Assembly (NCBI GenBank): GCA_965248445.1 | Contig: CBDFJG010000004.1 | Span: forward strand, 448,001-512,000 | Source of the DNA: Planctomycetota bacterium | GTDB taxonomy: Bacteria; Planctomycetota; JAJSAM01; JAJVHW01 | Direction: 5' to 3' | DNA length: 64,000 nt | Shown: positions 56,958 to 64,000 of the stretch, one piece after another | How the letters are laid out: each line of letters starts with the position of its first letter | Position numbering within the stretch: the stretch's first letter is position 1 | The notes under the pieces: model-generated | What the model saw: only the letters and a program-made list of their open reading frames with translations | Database searches by the model: none | What the model was told of the DNA's origin: nothing | Made by a program: the position numbers and the translations under genes

Positions 56958-58907
56958 ATGGGGACCCGCGCGAGGACAGTTGCGCTCGCGGTCGCGCTGC
57001 TTGCACTCGGCGTGCCGGCGACTTCGCTCACGGTGCAAGCCGAGCAGTTGCCGGAGCCGCCACCGGGCAACCCGCCGCAGCAGAATCCCCCCGCCGGCAA
57101 CCCGATCATCTTCGTCAAGCACGCGCAAACGAACGCGGTGGCGCTCGTCCCCAACGGCCCGGCTGCAGACCCGCTGGCGTTCTACCGCAACGCGATCGGC
57201 TTCCCGACTCCGGGCTTCCAGAACCTCGGCGGCAACCTGTTCCGCTGGGATCCGGGCGGAGCGGTCACGAACCTGACGAACCGGAACGAGGCCGCCGTCC
57301 GCAACCCGGACATCTCCTTCGACGGCAACTACGTGCTGTTCGCGATGAAGATCGGTCTGCTCGGCAAGTGGCAGATCTACGAGATGGGCGTCGACGGCAC
57401 GCGTGAGCGTCTCGTGAGCCGCGACGCGTCGCACAACGACCTCGACCCCGCGTACCTGCCGGACGGCCGCATCGTGTTCACGTCGGACCGGCAACGGTTC
57501 ATCGACCCGTACACGGAGTGGCCGTCCGCGCAGCTCCACCTCATGGACGCGGACGGAACCAACATCGTCCAGCTCTCCAGCAATCCCGGCGGTGAATTCT
57601 CCCCCACGCTCACCTCCACCGGGCTGGTCAGCTTCACGCGCTGGGACGTGAAGCTCTCCGGCGTGCGGCCGCCAAACCCGGTCGATGTGAGCCGCTTCCA
57701 GCTCTGGACGATGACACCCGACGGCGAGAACGACGGGCACCCGTCATTCGGCGCGCACTCCCGCGCCGACTTCGCAGGCGGCTATCTGCAAGCGCGCGAG
57801 ATGCCCGACGGCTCGGACCGCTTCGTCGCCACGATCTCGAACGACCCGTTCCTGAACGGTGCGGGAGCACTCGTGTTCCTCTCACTGGCCGGCGACCAAG
57901 ACCAGCACGCTCCCGCGTTCATCACCGACGAACTCGCCTTCACCAAGTTCGGCCCCCAGGAACGCTGGCGCGACCCGTTCCCGACGTCGCAGGGTGATCT
58001 GCTCGCCAGCCGCGCCGCGCCGGTCACGATCCAATTCGCTACCGGACTCACCGTCGCGCCCGCCCCGAACTTTGGCATCGTGCGCGTCAACCTCGACGGA
58101 AGCGGCGCGCAGCTCGTCTACGACGACCCGAACTTCTCCGAGTGGGAGCCCGTCGAAGTCGCGCCGCGCACCGCTCCGCCCGTGCTCGGAACGACGCGCG
58201 ACACGTCCGCCGACTCCGGCGTGCTGAACGCGCTCGACGTGATCCTGCGCGGCGCGAACCCGAGTGTCCCCACCCCGGACTTCCAGCAACTGCTCCCCGA
58301 CGAACCCGGATTGAAGGTCCGCGTCTACCAGGCGGCCCGCGTCGCACGGGACCGTGCACGGATCTTCGACGCGTACACCAAAGCGACGCCCGTCGTGCTC
58401 GGAGACGCGCGCGTCCGAGAGGACGGTTCGTTCGCCGCGCGCTTGCGCGCCAACATCCCGATCTCGTGAGAAGTGCGCGACGCCGCCGGTCGCCTGCTCG
58501 TGAAAGAACGCTTCTGGAACCAGGTGCTCCCCGGACAGACGCAGACGTGCGGCGGGTGCCACGCACCGCACTCGGGACTGCAAGGACGCACGTCGAACGT
58601 CGCGATCGCGGCGCCGACCGAGCTGGTGAGTGTGGATCCGCGAATCCAGATGGCCGGCACGGCGATCGACGCCACGACCGACGTGCTCGAAGACGCGCGG
58701 GGACACATCGCGGCGTTGCTGGCCACCGGCCGGCCCGCACGAGGCATGGAGAAACGCCTGGCGCGCGCCGAGCGGCTCGTGCGCCGCGGCGCGCGACGCC
58801 TCGAGCGCGGCCGTCCGAAGAAAGCGATCCGCCTGGCCGAGATCGCCGGCCGGCGCGGCCTCGCGCTGCGCCGCCGGGTGCTGCGCGTCCTCGCACCCGC
58901 CGAGTAG
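56958..58907 (+). pseudogene. Secreted beta-propeller/hydrazine-synthase-alpha-middle-domain-like c-type heme protein interrupted by in-frame TGA (58467-58469)
   Basis: PDISFDG, DLDPAYLPDGRIVFTSDR, DGSFAA...ANIPIS*EVRD...PGQTQTCGGCH (CxxCH). Confidence 0.75.
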
Positions 58908-58970
58908 CGCGGAGCGCTCCGGCTCAGGAACTGCGTCGCGTAGAATGGCGTCCCACAGGTGGGAGGCTCG

Positions 58971-60899
58971 ATGAAGACACTCGTGCTCGCGGCGGCGCTC
59001 ATTGCAGGGATGCTCGTTCCGGCGATCGCCGACCAGGGCGACGGACCTGTCGCGGTCGCCGTCAAGCGTCTGCTCACGGCGGACGACCCCGCGATCGCCC
59101 GAGCGCTCGCGTCGATGAGCCCATCCGAGCGCCAGGCAGCCGCCATCGTGCTGGGACGACGCAAGGCTGCGACGCCTGCCCAGGTGGACGAACTCGTCCT
59201 CGCGACGGGTGACGATCTGCTCAACGTGCGGATGGCGGCGACGCGTGCCCTCGGCGAACTCGGCGACGCCGCGCTCCCCGGCGCGGCCCGGCTCGAACGG
59301 CTGGCGAGTTGGGCAACGGTCGTCGAGCAGCGCCACGAGGCCGCACTCGCCCTCGCGCGCATCCCGGCCGCTCGGGAGAACCTACTGCGGCTCTTCCTTG
59401 ACGACGGCATGCGCAAGAAGACCACCGCGGGGCTGGCGACACTCGGCACCGAGGGCCGCACGGCTCTAGTCTTGCTGTCGGATACACCGCAGTGGCGCAT
59501 CCGGGTCGAGGCGACCGCGGTCCTCCCCGACACGAAGGACGCGGATACGAACGCGGAGGTCGCTGCCGCACTCGGTCGCCGGTTGCGCGACGAGAGTTCC
59601 GCGGTCCGCGTGGCGGCGCTGATCGCGCTCCCGCGAATCGACGGAAGCGGCATGCTCACGGCGGAAGACGTGGCCCGCGTTTTCACTGCCGAAGTCAGCG
59701 AACACGAGCGCCACGCACTGCTTGCGGCGCTGGCATCGGGCAGTAACCCCGAGGGTTCGGCCGAGCCGGATCTCGTCATCGCCGCCGCCCTTCGTTCGCT
59801 CGAGAGCGGATCCACGCGCGACCGTCTTACCGGTGTTCGCCTCGTATTCGTAGCCGGCACGACCGAGGAACGAGCGCTCCTGGCACTGGCGCGGATCGCG
59901 CTCTCCGACGACGTCGCATCCGCATGTGAGGCAGCTGCCTGCCTGCGGCACCTCGGCGCCAAGCGTTCCCTGCCTGCGGCGGTTGCCGACGCGCTCCGCC
60001 CGGCGACCGGTCACGCACGCGCGCGCGTCGCGTGCGAGGCCGCGGCCGCGCTGGCGCTCGGAGGCCACGACGGGCCGGAACTGGCTCCGGCGCTCGCACG
60101 ACTGGTGTACGCGGAAGACTGGAGCGGCTCAGGGGCAAGGCCTTTCGTGTTCGCGCGGCAACGCAATCTGCGCGCCGGCGGAGGGCGGTTCGCGCTGCCG
60201 GCCGTGCCGCTCCTCCCGTTCGCCGACATCGCACGGCTGCTGCGCCCGCACCCGGATGCCGCGGCGGATGCGCTCACGCCGTACGTCTCCGGTAACTACG
60301 CACCCACACGTGCAAGCGCCGCGTGGCTGGCCGCGGACATCTGCCCGGCCGAGCGAGCGCGAGCGCTCCTGGCTCCGCTTCTCGACGACCCGGACACGTC
60401 TGTTCGCATCGTCGCAGGAGTCCGGCTCGCGCAGCTCGACGCGCACACGGACCGCATCGCACGCATGTTCGTCGAGATCCTGCTAGACGACGGACTCATC
60501 GAGGATCCGGTGATCCGCGCTGACGGATTGACCGACGATCTCGTCTTTGACGACGAGATGATCGCCGCGATTGCACGCGACCTGCACGCAACGGTGCGGG
60601 CGCTGGTCGCGGCTCACGCTGCGAGAGCCACGGTCGCAGGAGTCGGAGCGGACGTGTCCGTCACGTGGCAAACACCGTCCGGCGATCACCACGTGCGCGC
60701 GATTCTGAAGGCTCTCGGTCCACCGTCACACCTTCTGCTCGTCAACGAGATACTCGAGGGCGGAGTCGTCGAGCGTCACGTGGCGCGCAACCTGCTCGGC
60801 GCCATCACTGAACTGAGTACTCAGGCCATCGATCGCCTGGAAGGACTGCGGGATCACCCCGACGTCGGGATCTTCGCACGCCAACTCGTCGGAGACTGA
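58971..60899 (+). CDS. Secreted HEAT-repeat protein
   Basis: Signal peptide, VRMAATRALG, VRVAALIAL, DPDTSVRIVA. Confidence 0.75.
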   Translation: MKTLVLAAALIAGMLVPAIADQGDGPVAVAVKRLLTADDPAIARALASMSPSERQAAAIVLGRRKAATPAQVDELVLATGDDLLNVRMAATRALGELGDAALPGAARLERLASWATVVEQRHEAALALARIPAARENLLRLFLDDGMRKKTTAGLATLGTEGRTALVLLSDTPQWRIRVEATAVLPDTKDADTNAEVAAALGRRLRDESSAVRVAALIALPRIDGSGMLTAEDVARVFTAEVSEHERHALLAALASGSNPEGSAEPDLVIAAALRSLESGSTRDRLTGVRLVFVAGTTEERALLALARIALSDDVASACEAAACLRHLGAKRSLPAAVADALRPATGHARARVACEAAAALALGGHDGPELAPALARLVYAEDWSGSGARPFVFARQRNLRAGGGRFALPAVPLLPFADIARLLRPHPDAAADALTPYVSGNYAPTRASAAWLAADICPAERARALLAPLLDDPDTSVRIVAGVRLAQLDAHTDRIARMFVEILLDDGLIEDPVIRADGLTDDLVFDDEMIAAIARDLHATVRALVAAHAARATVAGVGADVSVTWQTPSGDHHVRAILKALGPPSHLLLVNEILEGGVVERHVARNLLGAITELSTQAIDRLEGLRDHPDVGIFARQLVGD

Positions 60900-61023
60900 G
60901 GCGCCGCGCCCGGTATCGTGTGGGTGTGGCCGAGCAACCAACTGAGAACCGGGTGGTCTTCGACGTGAAGCTCCACTTCGAGGTTCAAGAAGGCCAAGGA
61001 CGACCAGGCCGAGTGCTGGGAGT

Positions 61024-61953
61024 TTGAGTAGCCGGGTGAGTCTCCACTGCGTGGCCGTCCTGTTCGCCGTGGCCCTGTCCGGTACCGCGTGCGGACCGAA
61101 GCAGCCACCGGCCGACGGAGCGCCGCCCCCGCATGTCACGGTGGACGAGCCGGCGCCGCAGCCGCCGCCCCGTCGCAAGCGAAGCCTCCGCATCCGCGTC
61201 GTGGATGAAGACGGCTCTCCCACCGGCGAGCGCTACGTGCGCGTGTGGTGGGGAGAGGGCCGTGACGCGAAGCACGGGACGCCCTTGTCGTTCGAGCGGG
61301 GCGAAGACGGCGCGATGTTGCTCGAGGGACTGCCGGCCGTGCCGCTCACGATGTGCGCGATGTCCGGCAGCTTCGTCGTGCCGACCACCGGCATGCCCCG
61401 CGTGGTCGTCGCCGCGGACACCAAGGAGGTTGTGCTGACTCTCGACGAAGGCACGACGCGCACGTTCCGCGTTCTTGGCTGGTCGGCCGGGAGGTCGGGC
61501 GCTGTGTACATGGCAGCTGTAGAGGACCTAGAGCCGTCACAGCACTCGGTCGAGGACGACGGCACCGTGCGCGTCGAAGGACTGCACCCCGGCGCGACGT
61601 ACAACATCTACATCCGCGATCACGAGACCCACGACGCCGTGCTCGTCAGCGGCCTCGAGTTCGCCGCGTCGTGGCCCGACGTCGAACTGGCTCGCGGCAA
61701 GACGGTCACCGGTCGCGTGCTGCTGCCCGTTCGCTGCGAGTCGCCGAGCGTCGCGCTGCTCGTGGACCGGGCCGTCATGATCGAGGGCCGTGTGACGGAC
61801 GACAGCGACGAGTTCACGGTCCCGGCGGTGCCACCGGGGACCTACACGCTCGTGGCCTACGCGGTGCACGACGGCAGCTACCTCTCGGGTACTGCGGAGG
61901 TCACGGCCGGCGGCAGCGCCACGATCGACCTGCGTCCCGAAGACGAGCGATAG
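61024..61953 (+). CDS. Lipoprotein with carboxypeptidase-regulatory-like beta-sandwich repeats
   Basis: Lipobox GTAC, VVDEDGSP, GLHPGATY, VPPGTYTL. Confidence 0.7.
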   Translation: MSSRVSLHCVAVLFAVALSGTACGPKQPPADGAPPPHVTVDEPAPQPPPRRKRSLRIRVVDEDGSPTGERYVRVWWGEGRDAKHGTPLSFERGEDGAMLLEGLPAVPLTMCAMSGSFVVPTTGMPRVVVAADTKEVVLTLDEGTTRTFRVLGWSAGRSGAVYMAAVEDLEPSQHSVEDDGTVRVEGLHPGATYNIYIRDHETHDAVLVSGLEFAASWPDVELARGKTVTGRVLLPVRCESPSVALLVDRAVMIEGRVTDDSDEFTVPAVPPGTYTLVAYAVHDGSYLSGTAEVTAGGSATIDLRPEDER

Positions 61954-61963
61954 ACGGCCTGCA

Positions 61964-63661
61964 CTATCGCGAGAGTTGTTCGAACCTGCTATGCAGCCGG
62001 TCCGCCTCCGCGGTGTCGCCCCGCGCGCGCAGCGTGTCGGACAGCCACAGGTACGGTGGTGCATACCGCGGCTCGAGAGCGATCGCCGCGCGCATCTCGC
62101 TCTCGGCGTCGGCGGCGCGGCCCAGTTGCTGGAAACCGAGGGCCAAGTGATAGCGCGCCTGCCCGTCGTCCTCGAGCACCAGCGAGCGCGCAAGCGAGTC
62201 GACGGATTCGGCAGCACGGCCCGCGGCGCCGTACGCCGTCCCGATCGCCGCGAGGAGTCCTGCGCGCTCGTAGTCGGACACACCGGGACTCCGGTCCGCG
62301 GCGCGGAGCGCCGCGAGCAGGTACGGCAGCGATTCCTCGAATTGGCCCTCCCTCTGCACGGCGGTGCCGAACCCGTGCAGCGCACCGTAGCTCGACGGGA
62401 AGTCCTGGAGCATCGCGCCCCAGAGCGCGCGGTCGTTGCGCCACACACGGTGCCGCCGCCACGTCAGCGTGCCGAGAGCCAGCGCCGTCAGTGCGAGCAA
62501 GACGCCGAGCGCACGCCGGTCTCCGATCCCCGCCCACCGCGCCGCGGCGACCGCTGCAACCGCGATCGCGAGCGCCGCGCCTGGAAGAGCCATGTATGTG
62601 AAGCGTTCGGCCATGAAAACCGGGATCGCGACGAGCCCGATCGTCGGCGCCAGCGCAGCGACGGTCCACGCGAGGCCGACGGAGAGGGTCCGCTCGCGCG
62701 TGCGGCCCCACCACGCAGCGGCAGCAAGTGACAGTAGAACCAAGGCGCCCGCCCAACCACGCAGGACCGACGCGCGTGTGACGGGTTCGATGACTCCGCG
62801 ATAGTCCGCACACAGCGGATCGGGCACGAACGCCAGCCGCGCGTAGTGGAGTAACGCCGCGAGGCCGCTCGCAACGCCCTTGATGCGCGAGCCGCCGGCA
62901 GGCTGCGCATAGTCGTCGATCGCTCCGAACACGCCGAACCGCAGCGCTGCGAACACCACTGCGGCGACGACGAGTGCCATAGCCGCGCCGCGTCGTCTGC
63001 TCACGGCGTCGCGCAGAGAAGCGGACGATGCCGTTACGGCGTCGGTGCCCCACCACGCGAGCGGCGCAAGGGCGAGGAACACGAGCGCCGACTCCTTGGC
63101 GAGCAGCGCCAGCAGGAGCAGCATTCCCGCGGCAACCGCACGTCCGGCACCACGTCCACGGACGGTCAGCACCAGCGCACCCAATCCGAGTGCGGTGCAC
63201 TGCACGTCCTCGCGGAATGCCACCGCGTCCACCGCCTCGGTCGCGAGCGGGTGCAGGCCGAACAACAACGCCGCCGCCCCGGCCACGCGCACGCTGCCGG
63301 ACAGGCACGAGAACAGCCTCACGACGAGAACGCATGCGAGCACGTGCCAGAGCAGATTCTGCAGGTGGAACGCGAGCGGGGCGCCGCCGCCGACCTGCCA
63401 GTCGAACATGTAGCTCGCCGTCACGAACGGGCGCCACGTGGCCTCCCCCGAGAGTGCGAAGTACTCCGCCGAGAACAGGCGCGTGAACAGCGAGGGCTGT
63501 GAGAGCAGGCCGGACGCGCCCTCGATCACGAAGTGGTCGTCGAACGCGAAGCCGTTCCCGAGGGACGGCAGATAGACAACCCCCACGATGGCCGCGACGA
63601 CGCCGGCGGTGATCCGCCAGCGCTCTTGTGTGTCCCCAGTCCGGTCCTGTTCGGTCTGCAT
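61964..63661 (-). CDS. TMTC-like GT-C membrane glycosyltransferase with TPRs
   Basis: NGFAFDD, WRP, FHLQNLLWH, LFGLHPLATEAV, LLAKESA, AERFTY, VWRND. Confidence 0.85.
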   Translation of the reverse strand: MQTEQDRTGDTQERWRITAGVVAAIVGVVYLPSLGNGFAFDDHFVIEGASGLLSQPSLFTRLFSAEYFALSGEATWRPFVTASYMFDWQVGGGAPLAFHLQNLLWHVLACVLVVRLFSCLSGSVRVAGAAALLFGLHPLATEAVDAVAFREDVQCTALGLGALVLTVRGRGAGRAVAAGMLLLLALLAKESALVFLALAPLAWWGTDAVTASSASLRDAVSRRRGAAMALVVAAVVFAALRFGVFGAIDDYAQPAGGSRIKGVASGLAALLHYARLAFVPDPLCADYRGVIEPVTRASVLRGWAGALVLLSLAAAAWWGRTRERTLSVGLAWTVAALAPTIGLVAIPVFMAERFTYMALPGAALAIAVAAVAAARWAGIGDRRALGVLLALTALALGTLTWRRHRVWRNDRALWGAMLQDFPSSYGALHGFGTAVQREGQFEESLPYLLAALRAADRSPGVSDYERAGLLAAIGTAYGAAGRAAESVDSLARSLVLEDDGQARYHLALGFQQLGRAADAESEMRAAIALEPRYAPPYLWLSDTLRARGDTAEADRLHSRFEQLSR

Positions 63662-63714
63662 TCCGGCGCACGACCCTACCGTCGTTCGGGTTGTCGCCGG
63701 CAACTGAGCAGCAC

Positions 63715-64000
63715 CTACTCGGGCGGGTCCTCCGGGCTCTGTGGAACCACTCGGAGTTCCCGCACTGCCGGACGCAGGGTGAACAGCGTTGCGGCCGAGA
63801 CTCCGACCACCGCGAGGAACAGAGCCGGACGCAGGCCGAGGACATCGCCGAGGTACCCACCCGCGAGCGCACCGAACGGAGTCACTCCCCACATCAGGAA
63901 GCGCACCGTGGCGTTCATGCGGCCCTGCAGGTGCAGAGGCGCAATCGCCTGGCGGAGCGACACCGCGTTGACGTTGAACAACGGGCGTGCCACACCGAGT
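63715..64000 (-). CDS. MFS transporter, C-terminal part
   Basis: SLRQAIAPLHLQGRMNAT...PFGALAGGYL. Confidence 0.85.
   Translation of the reverse strand, partial: LGVARPLFNVNAVSLRQAIAPLHLQGRMNATVRFLMWGVTPFGALAGGYLGDVLGLRPALFLAVVGVSAATLFTLRPAVRELRVVPQSPEDPPE

Noticed and set aside
56958..58907. Anammox hydrazine synthase
   Set aside because: Only the widespread alpha-middle-domain-like architecture; no hzsB/C or other anammox genes nearby

Overview
High-GC bacterial chromosome segment. The host is probably Planctomycetota-like, inferred from the prepilin type, HZS-alpha-like protein, TMTC-like protein, HEAT-repeat proteins and monomeric IDH. About 37.5 kb (~8778-46317) is a siphovirus-type prophage. 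It carries TerS, an intein-containing TerL, a DUF4055 portal, MuF, scaffold, capsid, neck, tail tube, a frameshifted tail chaperone, tape measure, a DUF2460/gpL/J-type tail tip, a TA-like moron, an endolysin-less lysis cassette and a convergent recombination cluster (RusA, PD-(D/E)XK nuclease, SpoU methyltransferase, RecT/Bet, SMC-like ATPase, HNH). No integrase or repressor is visible. Its left end abuts the first 18 nt of a tRNA gene, and at its right end a headless phage gene abuts an apparently headless host gene. The main observations are: (1) an unannotated exported thioredoxin-TPR selenoprotein (in-frame UGA in a U-P-P-C motif followed by a SECIS-like hairpin); (2) a family of C-AUG-G capped RNA hairpins clustered only in the scaffold and major capsid leaders, a candidate new translational control system for head assembly; (3) a holin-like protein fused to a lipoprotein, with no endolysin; (4) a divergent actin with a coiled-coil partner; (5) a RAYT flanked by perfect 36-bp inverted repeats. 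Several single-base gene disruptions may be sequencing errors. All family assignments come from motif recognition by eye, not from database searches.
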